From the NCBI GenBank assembly GCA_029261065.1, contig JAJDCB010000030.1:324876-388875 (forward strand): a DNA stretch of 64,000 bases, given 5' to 3'. Positions within the stretch are counted from its first letter, which is position 1. Every line of letters starts with the position of its first letter. Both the position numbers and the translations under genes were made by a program. The notes below the pieces were generated by a model. It made no database searches and was not told the DNA's origin. It saw nothing but the letters and a program-made list of their open reading frames with translations. Below are positions 1-9,543 of this stretch, piece by piece. The DNA comes from Candidatus Omnitrophota bacterium. GTDB lineage: Bacteria; Omnitrophota; Gorgyraeia; Zapsychrales; Zapsychraceae.

Positions 1-663
1 TTTACAAGCACTAATAAAGTCTATGGCGATTTGCCTAATCAGTTGGATCTTAAAGAACAAGACTCGAGATGGGAGCTATCTAACGATCATGAATTTTATG
101 ATGGTATAACAGAGAAAATGAGTATTGATCAATCAACGCATTCTTTGTTTGGGGCATCCAAACTTGCTGCAGATATTTTGGTGCAGGAATATGGCCGGTA
201 TTTTCAAATGAAGACTGCATGTTTTCGAGGAGGGTGTTTAACGGGACCGGCTCATTCGGGTGCGATGCTGCATGGTTTTCTTGCTTATTTAATGAAGTGT
301 TGTTTGACCTCGCAACCATATTCCGTTTTCGGATATAAAGCTAAGCAGGTTCGTGATAACATTCATAGCTATGATTTGATTCAGGCATTTTATGAGTTTT
401 ATAAATCCCCTAAAGAAGGTGAGGTTTATAATATAGGTGGTGGACGTGATAGAAGTATTTCTATGCTTGAGGCGATAGCGATGTGTGAGAAAATTACAGA
501 GAAGAAATTCGATTATAAGGTTGTTGATCAACCAAGAATGGGCGATCATATGTGGTATATCTCGGGTTTATCAAAATTTCAAAATCATTACCCCCAGTGG
601 CAACAAACATTTTCTCTGGAAGATACACTTATTGAGATATGCGAAGAACTTAAAAAAAGATAA
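1..663 (+). CDS. NAD-dependent epimerase/dehydratase, CDP-paratose 2-epimerase-like (5' end outside the window)
   Basis: Frame is open from base 1 ([10 protein letters not shown]). Motifs [14 protein letters not shown] and [10 protein letters not shown] are typical of RfbE-like extended SDRs. Confidence 0.8.
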   Translation, partial: FTSTNKVYGDLPNQLDLKEQDSRWELSNDHEFYDGITEKMSIDQSTHSLFGASKLAADILVQEYGRYFQMKTACFRGGCLTGPAHSGAMLHGFLAYLMKCCLTSQPYSVFGYKAKQVRDNIHSYDLIQAFYEFYKSPKEGEVYNIGGGRDRSISMLEAIAMCEKITEKKFDYKVVDQPRMGDHMWYISGLSKFQNHYPQWQQTFSLEDTLIEICEELKKR

Positions 664-683
664 CATCTTTCCCACCACAAGTG

Positions 684-1253
684 CTACGAACTTTTTTCCA
701 TCAAAACTTTAATCTTATTTAATAATTTTTGCGCCTCATCGGTATGTACAAGCCGCCGCATACTTAAATAAGTCTGCTCTACATCCTTTTGCTGATCTTT
801 TTTAAAATAGGCTAAAGCAAGGCTGTAATAAGAATCAAAGTAAGCTTTATCTTGTTTTAAAGACGTTCGAAAATGTAGGATGGCTTGATCCAACAATCCT
901 TGATTCAAATAAATTTTTCCAATTGTATGGTAGACTTCTGCAAATTCATACTCTTGTGCTTTTAAATCGACAATAGATTGATAGTGTTTGAGATACAGAT
1001 CCTTGTTTCCTTCCTTTTTAAAAAGATTGCCTAATTGAAAATGGCTAAAAGCATAGGAAGGGTTGTGCTTTAAAGATGTGTCATAAAATTTTTTGGCTTT
1101 CTTAATATTATTTTGTTTTTGTTGATTTTGCGCTAACGCATAATAAAGAGACCCATAGTGCGGGACAGCTCGATTTGTCTCAAGAGTGCGTAATAAAACA
1201 AGGGCGCAAATAAGTAGAAGAGTATATCGATATTCGATCAATAATTTTTTCAT
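684..1253 (-). CDS. Tetratricopeptide-repeat protein with N-terminal membrane anchor
   Basis: Hydrophobic N-terminus followed by TPR-like helices (SHFQLGNLF, VYHTIGKIY, SYYSLALAY). Confidence 0.75.
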   Translation of the reverse strand: MKKLLIEYRYTLLLICALVLLRTLETNRAVPHYGSLYYALAQNQQKQNNIKKAKKFYDTSLKHNPSYAFSHFQLGNLFKKEGNKDLYLKHYQSIVDLKAQEYEFAEVYHTIGKIYLNQGLLDQAILHFRTSLKQDKAYFDSYYSLALAYFKKDQQKDVEQTYLSMRRLVHTDEAQKLLNKIKVLMEKSS

Positions 1254-2674
1254 GTCTTTATGCGGGATGTAAAAAGTTTATCTAAGCTATAAGCAGTTGT
1301 GATAACAAATAATGAAGCAATAGGAAAGCTATAGCGTGGGATGATGGTGCTTAAGGAATAAAGAGCTGTAAACGTGATAATAAAAATGATAAGAAAGGCT
1401 AGAAGTAAAAGTTCTGATTGTTTATTTTCATTGAGGGTAAAATGTGTTTTCAAATTTTGAAACGATACTTTTAATACATAGAAAAAGCCAAGCAGGGAAA
1501 GGCAAAAGGTTAGTAGTCGGATTCCGTTTTTAATTAAGGTGTTGCTAAAAAGTTGCGAAAGCCAAGAGGGATATTTGACACCCCCAATTTGTGTTGATTC
1601 CCAGAATAATATCTTAAAGCTTTCTAAGAAGGTTAATGTTGTATATTTAAACGGATTTTTTAAAATGAGTTCTTTAGAAAGAGAAAACATAATGCCATTC
1701 ATATCTTCTCGACGATAACCTTGGTCATACAGTTCTAATGATTTTAAATGTCCAATGCCAGAATCGGCAAAAGAGGATTGATATTCGCATTCTTCTGGGT
1801 CTGCAAAGCGATTACAAACTCCTTCTCCAGGAATGGAGGTAAGAAAGGCTTTAAGCCTTTTTGATGTCATAGGTTCTACCCGTTTTACAGTTTTTGCATA
1901 CAAAATCCAGGCGCCTCGATCTGTGAAGGCAAAATTGTTGTTGTATTTTTGATTTAAGGATTTAATGGAATAGGTAAAAGAGTTTATGAGTCCTAATGTG
2001 ATAAATAAAAAGATAATGCCTTTTTTAAAAATGACATAATTTTTCTTAAAGAGGGACACAAGTAAAAGAATATAAAAGGGGCAAAGAAAAACAAGAATTT
2101 GATATTCGAAAATGGCTTTTGAGGAGATAAGGAGTATATAGAGAAACGCGAATAGAAGGCTGTTTCTAATAACAGATGCGGTGGAGTCGTTGTGAATAGA
2201 TTGCCATATTTTTGGGCTTATCAAGACAATAGCTAAGACAAGAGGATATGTAATGATTTCAGAGAATAAACTAAAGGTCGAGTTAATAAGAGCGGGAGAA
2301 AATCCAAGCATAATAATTGATAAAGCTTGAAAAGACGTTTTGACTTTAAGTGTGCGTAATATTTTGAGAGTCAGTATTTGAGTGACAAATAATATGATGA
2401 TTTGCATGATTTTTTGGACAGGAATATAAGAGGTGTGAAAAATGTCAGAGATAAACATAGAGAAGGCAACTAAGCATGGATACAAGGGTTCTCTATTTGG
2501 TCCTGTTTCAAAATATTTAACCCAGCCCTCTTTATAAATCATTTTTCCTAGGTCTTCATATCCGACAGCGTCAAAGATGATTTGCATCTCAGCGGTGAAG
2601 AAGAGGTAGGTCCAGTACAGGAAGCAGAGGGCGAAGGCCGGAAGGATGTTGGATTTGAGTAGGTGTTTGAGCAT
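1250..2674 (-). CDS. Polytopic membrane protein, possible GT-C-fold glycosyltransferase
   Basis: Many TM segments, an early D..GY / REPLYP loop, an SE motif and a C-terminal PRY. Start moved to ATG 2674 because the extra MSSPRKRGS is translated REP-like repeat. Confidence 0.55.
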   Translation of the reverse strand: MLKHLLKSNILPAFALCFLYWTYLFFTAEMQIIFDAVGYEDLGKMIYKEGWVKYFETGPNREPLYPCLVAFSMFISDIFHTSYIPVQKIMQIIILFVTQILTLKILRTLKVKTSFQALSIIMLGFSPALINSTFSLFSEIITYPLVLAIVLISPKIWQSIHNDSTASVIRNSLLFAFLYILLISSKAIFEYQILVFLCPFYILLLVSLFKKNYVIFKKGIIFLFITLGLINSFTYSIKSLNQKYNNNFAFTDRGAWILYAKTVKRVEPMTSKRLKAFLTSIPGEGVCNRFADPEECEYQSSFADSGIGHLKSLELYDQGYRREDMNGIMFSLSKELILKNPFKYTTLTFLESFKILFWESTQIGGVKYPSWLSQLFSNTLIKNGIRLLTFCLSLLGFFYVLKVSFQNLKTHFTLNENKQSELLLLAFLIIFIITFTALYSLSTIIPRYSFPIASLFVITTAYSLDKLFTSRIKT

Positions 2675-2690
2675 GTTTTTACTATTACGA

Positions 2691-2822
2691 GATCCCCGCT
2701 TTCGCGGGGATGACAATTATTATGTCATCTTTGTATGACTTCTACCGGTGTCATCCCCGCGGAAGCGGGGATTCGTGAGAGGTTATTAGTCTCAAGCGTT
2801 TCCTCCATTCAGCGAGGACGAC
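2691..2822. repeat. Cluster of REP-like palindromes (GTCATYCCCGCGRAAGCGGGRATC family)
   Basis: Inverted copies at 2691-2714 and 2750-2774, plus a degenerate copy at 2798-2822. Confidence 0.85.
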
Positions 2823-2878
2823 ATGGTTATACTAACGCAAAACCTCATTCATATCAAACACATCCACTCAAAATTTTC

Positions 2879-2907
2879 TTGACAGATATTTAAGCTTCAT
2901 CTATAGT
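2879..2907 (+). promoter_or_regulatory. Sigma70-type promoter of the B12 operon
   Basis: TTGACA-17 bp-TATAGT just upstream of the riboswitch. Confidence 0.75.
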
Positions 2908-2942
2908 TAGCGCGTTGTCTTGCTCTTTAGATGTCAATTATT

Positions 2943-3066
2943 CTATTTTGGTCCTCGTAATGTGTCAGAGCAAAGAGGATAAAAGGAAATCCTGTGAAAG
3001 TCAGGAGCAGTCCCGCTACTGTAACTTGTGATATTTTTACAAGAAGTCAGAACACTGCCAAAATAG
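2943..3066 (+). ncRNA. Cobalamin riboswitch
   Basis: P1 CTATTTTGG/CCAAAATAG; core AAAAGGAAATCCTGTGAAAGTCAGGAGCAGTCCCGCTACTGTAA; B12 box AAGTCAGAACACTGCC; lies upstream of btuB. Confidence 0.93.
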
Positions 3067-3134
3067 TTATTCAGTATTTCTCGCGTGAGACGAGGGTTAT
3101 TGAGCATATATTTTGGGAATAAGAAAGAGGGTGC

Positions 3135-3172
3135 CTCCCAATCGATTTTATAATCGATTGGGAGTTTTTTTT
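3135..3172 (+). terminator. Intrinsic terminator, likely the riboswitch expression platform
   Basis: CTCCCAATCGATT-TTAT-AATCGATTGGGAG, a 13-bp stem followed by T8. Confidence 0.8.
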
Positions 3173-3262
3173 GTGCACGTTTTTTTGCACAAAAATAAAC
3201 GAGTTTTTTCTGCGCGTTTTTCAGCACAAAAATAAACGAGTTTTTTTTGCCCGCAAAAAAAG
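3162..3262. repeat. 37-39 bp tandem repeat (about 2.5 copies) in the btuB leader
   Basis: GAGTTTTTT..GCACAAAAATAAAC units start at 3162, 3201 and 3238. Confidence 0.75.
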
Positions 3263-3268
3263 GATTCA

Positions 3269-5263
3269 ATGAAAAGATATGTCTTAAGTGTTTTAGTAGC
3301 AACAGTTTTTGTTTTAAATGCGTATAGGGTTGAAGCAAAATTAATAACAGAACATGATGAGGTCGTTGTCACAGCAACACGCATTGCTCAATCGAATTAT
3401 AAGATTGCAAGCAACGTCACGGTTCTGACCGCGGAACAAATTCAGGCGTCGCCCGCGCAAAATTTGGCTGACATCTTAGAAGAAGCGGTGGGTGTTTTTG
3501 TAACAGATAATAGTACCTTAAGATCAAAGGTTATCGATATTCGTGGATTCGGTGATACGGCAACACGAAATGTCTTGGTGTTAATTGATGGCAGACGTGT
3601 CAACGCAATTGACATCTCTGCTCCAGACCTTACTCAAATTCCGTTAGAGGCCATTGAGCGTATCGAAATTATTCGAGGAGCTGGTTCTGTTCTCTATGGA
3701 GATAATGCGGTAGGGGGTGTTGTTAACATCATTACAAAACAAGGGGAAGGTGAGTTCTCTGGATATGTAGGGGGCACACATGGAAATTATGATGCGCGTA
3801 GTACGGACATGGAAGTGTCCGGTGAGAAAAACAATGTTTCTTATTATTTTTTCTCTAAGTATAACGATCAGCGCGGTTATCGTAAGAATAGTGATTTGTT
3901 AGCTAAGGATTTTAGTTCACGTTTAGGCTACGACTTTACCGATACTATTAAAACGGATTTAAGTGTTGGTTATCATAAGGATGTCCAAGAGTTACCCGGG
4001 GGCTTAAGTGGTCCAAACTTAACAACATTGGGTCGACGAGGATCAGCATCTAATAATGATACATCTTCAAGCACCGATCGTTATGTAAAATTGACATTGG
4101 ACGTGGAACCCTGGCCAGAAGATGAAACATTAGGGGAGATCGTTGTTGATTTTTATTATCGCAATCGCGATGTTTATACAGAGTTTAACTCTTTTAGTTC
4201 TTTTCATACCAAGCGATCTTTGGACACCAAAGGCCTTAGCGCTAAATACATCTTTGATCGTACCATTTTTGAGAAGGAAGTTAATTTTGTAACAGGTATC
4301 GATTATTATGAACATGAAAATGATATCTTAGGAAGTGGAACAAATCCGGATGATTTAACCATTTCTAAAGATGAATACGGTATTTATGGATTTTTGCAGT
4401 ATGAATTAATGGATGATGTCTTTATTAATGGAGGAACCCGTTATCATAAAGCGGATTATACGTTTAATCAGAGAAACCTAATGACGGAAAGTGATCGTGA
4501 TCCAGATGATTGGGTCTCTATGGTCGGTGCGAAATGGGAATATGCGAAAGGTTCTAGTATTCATATGAATGCGCAACAAACATTTCGTTTTCCAACAACA
4601 GATGAATGGTATAGTTCCTTTTCTGGAACACTTAATACCGCTTTGGATCCTCAATCGGGCATTCAATATGAGGCTGGCATCAAACATAATTTTGATGATA
4701 TCGCTATTGTGAGTGTCACTCCTTATTATATTTTAATGGATGACGAAATATTTTTTGATCCCGTCACATTCGCCAATGGTAATCTAGACAAAACGCGACG
4801 GATTGGTGTTGAGTTTAGTAAAAAGGTGGATTTACTTAGTATTTTTGAGTTAGATATTCTTGATAAACTTGAATACTTTGCTAATTATACATTTCAGAAT
4901 CCAGAGTTTATAAGGGGAGCGAATAAGGGGAAAGATGTCCCATTGGTTCCTCGTCAACAAGCAGGAACGGGACTTATTGTCGGGTTTAATGACCATGTCA
5001 CTGTTTCGTTATTAGGAACTTATATTGGGTCACGCTTTGCTATCAATGACACCGCTAATGCCACGACACCAGCTAAACCTTATTTCATTTTTGATGGAAA
5101 GGTTTCCTACAAGTTAAAACATCTTGAGGTCTTTGGTTCCGTCAACAACATCACTAATGTGTTATATTCTCCATTTGTTGTTAAGTCAGCGTTTAGTTCA
5201 ACCAAAAACTTTTTTCCAGCTCCTGAACGGAATTTTACGGCTGGAGTGAAGTTTAGGTTTTAA
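3269..5263 (+). CDS. btuB: TonB-dependent cobalamin receptor
   Basis: Signal peptide, TonB box EVVVTATR, plug motif IERIEIIRGAGSVLYG, C-terminal Phe, riboswitch upstream. Confidence 0.9.
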   Translation: MKRYVLSVLVATVFVLNAYRVEAKLITEHDEVVVTATRIAQSNYKIASNVTVLTAEQIQASPAQNLADILEEAVGVFVTDNSTLRSKVIDIRGFGDTATRNVLVLIDGRRVNAIDISAPDLTQIPLEAIERIEIIRGAGSVLYGDNAVGGVVNIITKQGEGEFSGYVGGTHGNYDARSTDMEVSGEKNNVSYYFFSKYNDQRGYRKNSDLLAKDFSSRLGYDFTDTIKTDLSVGYHKDVQELPGGLSGPNLTTLGRRGSASNNDTSSSTDRYVKLTLDVEPWPEDETLGEIVVDFYYRNRDVYTEFNSFSSFHTKRSLDTKGLSAKYIFDRTIFEKEVNFVTGIDYYEHENDILGSGTNPDDLTISKDEYGIYGFLQYELMDDVFINGGTRYHKADYTFNQRNLMTESDRDPDDWVSMVGAKWEYAKGSSIHMNAQQTFRFPTTDEWYSSFSGTLNTALDPQSGIQYEAGIKHNFDDIAIVSVTPYYILMDDEIFFDPVTFANGNLDKTRRIGVEFSKKVDLLSIFELDILDKLEYFANYTFQNPEFIRGANKGKDVPLVPRQQAGTGLIVGFNDHVTVSLLGTYIGSRFAINDTANATTPAKPYFIFDGKVSYKLKHLEVFGSVNNITNVLYSPFVVKSAFSSTKNFFPAPERNFTAGVKFRF

Positions 5264-5274
5264 TTTGAAGGCAC

Positions 5275-5420
5275 GAGCATCGATTGGTGGTCATTAGCAA
5301 GAGCACTGATTAGTGGTCGCTTCAAGACCACCGATTAGTGGTCACTAGCAAGATCACCGATTGGTGGTCGCTAGCAAGAGCACTGATTGGTGTTCGCTTC
5401 AAGACCACCAATTGGTGATC
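5275..5420. repeat. Tandem array of six 25/26-bp units with an 18-bp palindromic core (GACCACCAATTGGTGGTC-like)
   Basis: Units of 26, 25, 26, 26, 25 bp and a partial sixth unit, read directly from the sequence. Confidence 0.9.
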
Positions 5421-5449
5421 TTTTAATACGCATACCCATGGTATAATCA

Positions 5450-5629
5450 ATGCAACCCCATCAGCACACAAACAAAATTTGTATAGAAAAAGGCGATACT
5501 TATTTGGATTTAGATGGCAGGACTGTTTTTACAGAACAATATCTTTTAAAGCGTGGATACTGTTGTGAGAATAACTGCCGACACTGTCCTTATGGGTTTA
5601 GGCTTGATACATTTAAGGAGGCGTCATGA
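5450..5629 (+). CDS. Small Cys-rich protein (DUF5522-like), 59 aa, not in the ORF track
   Basis: MQPHQ...VFTEQYLLKRGYCCENNCRHCPYGF...; ATGA overlap with the next gene. Confidence 0.8.
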   Translation: MQPHQHTNKICIEKGDTYLDLDGRTVFTEQYLLKRGYCCENNCRHCPYGFRLDTFKEAS

Positions 5630-6363
5630 ACGCTGTTTTAAATTGGAGTGGGGGGAAAGATTCTTCTTTAACGTTACATTATTTAAATCAATCCAAAGAA
5701 TACGATGTGAAGTATTTATTGACGTCGGTCAGTAGTCAATATCAGCGTATTTCTATGCATGGGGTTCGTATCGAACTTCTTAAAACACAAGCTAAGAGTC
5801 TTGGCATTCCGTTGCGTATTATAGAGATGCCTGAGGAGCCAACCATGACGGAATATGATGCGTTGATGCGGCAGACTTTGGGCGTTTTTAAAAGAGAGGG
5901 GATTCGTCATTCTATTTTTGGTGATATTTTTTTGGAAGACTTAAAGAAATATAGAGAAGATCAATTGGCCAAGGTTGATTTTAAAGGCGTATTTCCTCTA
6001 TGGCTTAAATCAACACAGGAATTGGTCAAAGAGTTTATAGATTTAGGTTTTAAGGCTGTACTCGTGTGTGTGAATGAAAAGTTTTTGGATCAATCTTTTG
6101 TTGGACGGATCATTGATCACAGGTTTGTGAAAGATCTTCCCGCAAACGTTGATCCGTGTGGTGAAAATGGAGAGTTTCATACTTTTGTTTACGACGGCCC
6201 CATTTTTAAGGCACCTATTTCTTTTGAAAAGGGAGAGGTTGTTTATCGCAAATACAAAATGCGTGAATCTGATAATGAAGCTATGGATCAAGTTTGTCCA
6301 AGTTCGAAGGAATTAAAAATCCATACGGGTTTTTGGTATTGTGATTTGTTGCCTAGTGAATAA
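5626..6363 (+). CDS. Dph6/DUF71-like PP-loop ATP pyrophosphatase (diphthine-ammonia ligase family)
   Basis: WSGGKDS PP-loop, FGDIFLED and DPCGENGEFHTFVYDGPIF motifs. Confidence 0.88.
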   Translation: MNAVLNWSGGKDSSLTLHYLNQSKEYDVKYLLTSVSSQYQRISMHGVRIELLKTQAKSLGIPLRIIEMPEEPTMTEYDALMRQTLGVFKREGIRHSIFGDIFLEDLKKYREDQLAKVDFKGVFPLWLKSTQELVKEFIDLGFKAVLVCVNEKFLDQSFVGRIIDHRFVKDLPANVDPCGENGEFHTFVYDGPIFKAPISFEKGEVVYRKYKMRESDNEAMDQVCPSSKELKIHTGFWYCDLLPSE

Positions 6364-6397
6364 AAGAATGATTCAAAGTGTGTTATTCTAGAATCAA

Positions 6398-6500
6398 CTG
6401 GATTCCCGATGTCTCGGGAATGACAAGTGTACTTGAACACTGGATTCCTGATGATTCAGGAATGACAGGACACCTTGTCATTCCCGCAAAAGCGGGAATC
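6398..6500. repeat. Cluster of three REP-like palindromes
   Basis: GGATTCCCGA..TCGGGAATGAC, GGATTCCTGA..TCAGGAATGAC and GTCATTCCCGCAAAAGCGGGAATC. Confidence 0.85.
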
Positions 6501-6535
6501 TACTTTGTTAATTTAATTGTGAAGAAGTAATCAAC

Positions 6536-7450
6536 ATGAAAAAACAAATCGCCGCTATTTTTTTACTTTTTGTCGTCACTGCGCTATTTTTCTCGCCAAA
6601 AAGTTTGTGTCAAACACAACTAGATGTACCGAGTTCTCATCAACGTATTATCTCGTTATCTCCATCGATTACCGAAATTCTTTACGCTCTTGGGGCTGGC
6701 GACCAAGTTGTTGGGGTTACGCGTTTTTGCAATTTTCCTCCTGAGGCTAAAGATAAACCAAAAGTAGGAGGGCTTCTTGATACTAGTTTCGAATTCATTT
6801 ATCGTCTTAAACCGGATCTTGTGTTGTTGCAAAAAGGTGAGATGGGCCAAAAGATGAAATTGGAACAAATGGGTGTGAAAACTGTGGAAACGAAAACGAA
6901 AAGCATTGAGAGCATTTTAGAATCGATTAAGCTGATTGGTGATCTTTTATCGAAGACGTCAGAGGCGAAGGCTATTATTAATCGTATTGAAAAGCGCGTC
7001 TCTTTCATTGAAACACAAACCCAAGGATTAAAGCCTCCTCGTGTTTTAATCACCTTCTCGCGTCATTTTGGGAAAAGAACCATTGAACAAGTTTACATCG
7101 CCGGTCAAGATACGTTTTTTGCAGATCTTTTAAGAGTCTCTGGGGGGAAAAACGCTTATGAGGGAACAGAATTTGTTACAAGTCCGTTAGTCTCCGCGGA
7201 GGGAATATTAAGAATGAATCCCGATATTATTATCGAGATTATGTCTAGTTTAGATGATTTGGGATTAACCCAAGAGGACGTATTAAAAGATTGGGAGAGT
7301 TTAAATCATTTGGATGCTTACAAAAATGAAAAGATATTTATTATCACAGATTCATTCATTGGTATTCCAGGACCCCGGATTGATCAATCTCTAGATGCGT
7401 TTGTACGCATTCTACATTCAGAGGTTGATTGGGAAGGTTTAGATGATTGA
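6536..7450 (+). CDS. btuF: Cobalamin ABC transporter substrate-binding protein
   Basis: RIISLSPSITEILYALG..VVGVT.FC.FP motif, signal peptide, operon context. Confidence 0.85.
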   Translation: MKKQIAAIFLLFVVTALFFSPKSLCQTQLDVPSSHQRIISLSPSITEILYALGAGDQVVGVTRFCNFPPEAKDKPKVGGLLDTSFEFIYRLKPDLVLLQKGEMGQKMKLEQMGVKTVETKTKSIESILESIKLIGDLLSKTSEAKAIINRIEKRVSFIETQTQGLKPPRVLITFSRHFGKRTIEQVYIAGQDTFFADLLRVSGGKNAYEGTEFVTSPLVSAEGILRMNPDIIIEIMSSLDDLGLTQEDVLKDWESLNHLDAYKNEKIFIITDSFIGIPGPRIDQSLDAFVRILHSEVDWEGLDD

Positions 7451-7460
7451 GGGTTTTAGA

Positions 7461-7642
7461 GCAAGAATAACCAAGTTACAAGAGACAAGGTACAAAAAAG
7501 AAACAAAAATCAATAACCAATTAACCAAACAGTTTGATTATTGGGTTATTGTGAATTGGTTATTTTTTGCCTTTGCGTCTAGAGACGCAGGTCACGGCCA
7601 AAGGCCGTGATATCTTGTACCTTGTAACTTGGTTATTCTTGC
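7461..7642. mobile_element. MITE-like fold-back element, copy 1 (heptamer-based terminal inverted repeats)
   Basis: Ends GCAAGAATAACCAAGTTACAAG / CTTGTAACTTGGTTATTCTTGC; homologous copies at 15320, 41792 and about 53505; no ORF. Confidence 0.75.
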
Positions 7643-7665
7643 TCGTTATTCAAACTAGGATAATT

Positions 7666-8454
7666 ATGACAAATAATGTCGTTGAGTTTAATAATTTTTC
7701 ATTTTCATATGGATCCTCGCCCATTCTTCATCAGATCAATTTAAATGTGAAAGTTGGTCAGTATGTCTCTGTGATTGGCCCTAATGGTGCGGGGAAGTCT
7801 ACGCTTTTAAAGAATATCAATCGGATTGTCAAAGGTGGGACGGGGGAGGTTTTGCTTTTTGGAAAAGAATTGGCGCGTTATAAACAAAAAGACATTGGAC
7901 GATTAGTGGGTTATGTTCAACAGGCCCGTGATCGTATTTATTCTTACCGGGTTTTCGATTTTGTGCTCATGGGACGTTATCCGTATTTAAATCCCCTTTC
8001 TCGTGTGTCCTCTAAAGATAAAGATGTTGTTCATCACATGCTTGATGTTATGGGGATAGCCTCCTTTGCCAATCGTGATATGAACACGTTAAGTGGTGGG
8101 GAGCGGCAAAAGGTTTATTTGGCAGCCGCCCTTGCTCAAGAACCTAAACTGCTCCTCTTAGATGAACCCACGACGTATCTGGATCCAAAATATGAGGTTG
8201 AAATTCAAAAAACCATTTCAAAGACAACTAAAAGATTAGGCATATCCGTCATGCATGTCACGCATGATTTAAATCATATTTATCATTGGAGCCAACATGT
8301 CGTTGCAATGAAAGAAGGGCGCATTTTATTTCAGGGAAAAGCTCAAGATGTTTTAACGGAGTCGCATCTCAAAGATATATTTGATACGGAATTTCATTTG
8401 ATGAAGGATCCTGATTCAGGAAAAATAGTGATTGTTACGAAGGTGGGTGTGTAA
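7666..8454 (+). CDS. btuD: ABC transporter ATP-binding protein (BtuD/FecE family)
   Basis: GPNGAGKST, LSGGERQ and LLLLDEPT motifs. Start moved to ATG 7666 because the upstream extension lies in the repeat. Confidence 0.85.
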   Translation: MTNNVVEFNNFSFSYGSSPILHQINLNVKVGQYVSVIGPNGAGKSTLLKNINRIVKGGTGEVLLFGKELARYKQKDIGRLVGYVQQARDRIYSYRVFDFVLMGRYPYLNPLSRVSSKDKDVVHHMLDVMGIASFANRDMNTLSGGERQKVYLAAALAQEPKLLLLDEPTTYLDPKYEVEIQKTISKTTKRLGISVMHVTHDLNHIYHWSQHVVAMKEGRILFQGKAQDVLTESHLKDIFDTEFHLMKDPDSGKIVIVTKVGV

Positions 8455-8455
8455 A

Positions 8456-9436
8456 ATGGCTGTACGCACAAAAATTCTATGTCTTTTTATTATTTCATTA
8501 ATCACACTTATGATAGCCCCTTTGTTAGGGGCGAAGTTGATAGGGTTTAGTGATATTTTTGACGCGTCAAAAAACAATATTGATTCAGATGTGTTTTGGC
8601 AGATGCGTTTGCCGCGTGTATTAGTTGCCTTTATGGCTGGGGCTATATTTGCATTAAGCGGCATGGTCTTTCAGGCGTTGTTTCGCAATCCTTTGGTATC
8701 ACCTTTTACGTTAGGCGTGTCCGCCGGAGCTTCTTTCGGCGCATCCGTTTATATTTGGTTAGGTTTGGCGGTAAGCTTTTTAGGGATATCAGGCATATCA
8801 TTATTTTCTTTTTGTGGTGCGATGTTATCGATTGTTATTGTGTGGTCCTTAGCCAAGATGAAGGGAGGAACATCGGTAGCCACGATGTTGTTAGCCGGGG
8901 TTGCTGTTAGTTTCTTTTTTGGAAGTTTAATCTTATTCGTTCAATATTTAAGTGGCGTGGTGGAAGCCTTTAAAATTTCTCGGTGGTTAATGGGTGGTTT
9001 ATTTGTTTTTGGATATAAACCCGTTTTTGACATTCTACCCTTTGCCTTAATTGGTTTATGTTCTGTTTGGTACTTTACACATGAGTTAAATATTTTTACA
9101 ACAGGTGAAGAATTAGCCATCGCGCGTGGCGTGGATGTTGAGCGCACGGTCAAAATATTATTCTTTCTAATCTCCATCATGATCGGTGGCGTTGTCTCGG
9201 TCTGCGGCCCCATTGCCTTCATCGGCATCATCGCCCCCCACATCTGCCGCCTCATCGTAGGCCCCGATCACCGCTATCTCACGCCCGCCACATTTCTTTT
9301 CGGCGGCCTCTTCCTAACCATCTGCGACGCCCTATCCCGATCCCTCATAGCCCCCGCCGAAATCCCTGTAGGCATCATCACAGCCTTGCTTGGCGGTCCG
9401 TTTTTTTTGTGGTTGTTGGTTAAAAAAAGCTTATGA
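8456..9436 (+). CDS. btuC: ABC transporter permease (BtuC/FecCD family)
   Basis: RLPRVL, QALFRNPL.SPFTLGVSAGA and EIPVGIITALLGGPFF motifs. Confidence 0.88.
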   Translation: MAVRTKILCLFIISLITLMIAPLLGAKLIGFSDIFDASKNNIDSDVFWQMRLPRVLVAFMAGAIFALSGMVFQALFRNPLVSPFTLGVSAGASFGASVYIWLGLAVSFLGISGISLFSFCGAMLSIVIVWSLAKMKGGTSVATMLLAGVAVSFFFGSLILFVQYLSGVVEAFKISRWLMGGLFVFGYKPVFDILPFALIGLCSVWYFTHELNIFTTGEELAIARGVDVERTVKILFFLISIMIGGVVSVCGPIAFIGIIAPHICRLIVGPDHRYLTPATFLFGGLFLTICDALSRSLIAPAEIPVGIITALLGGPFFLWLLVKKSL

Positions 9437-9439
9437 TAT

Positions 9440-9534
9440 TATACCTTAAAGGGTATATTATAAGATAAATTATACCTTAATGGGGATAATTTATATGAAA
9501 TATACTTGAAATTATACCCGATTGGTGTTATATT
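9440..9534 (+). promoter_or_regulatory. Three HipB-type operators overlapping a sigma70 promoter
   Basis: TATACC-N6-GGTATA at 9440, with variants at 9471 and 9513; TTGAAA(9506)-17 bp-TATATT(9529). Confidence 0.7.
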
Positions 9535-9543
9535 TATATTGTT

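Noticed and set aside
2943-3384. Minus-strand ORFs of 131 and 78 aa
   Set aside because: They are antisense to the riboswitch, terminator, tandem repeat and btuB start; their low-complexity translation reflects the repeat.
5275-5420. Possible CRISPR array
   Set aside because: Units are contiguous with only 7-8 nt near-constant linkers, there are no unique spacers, and no cas genes are present.
5553-5735. 60-aa + strand ORF in the track
   Set aside because: It is out of frame with both the Cys-motif ORF (5450-5629) and the ATPase, and has no motif.
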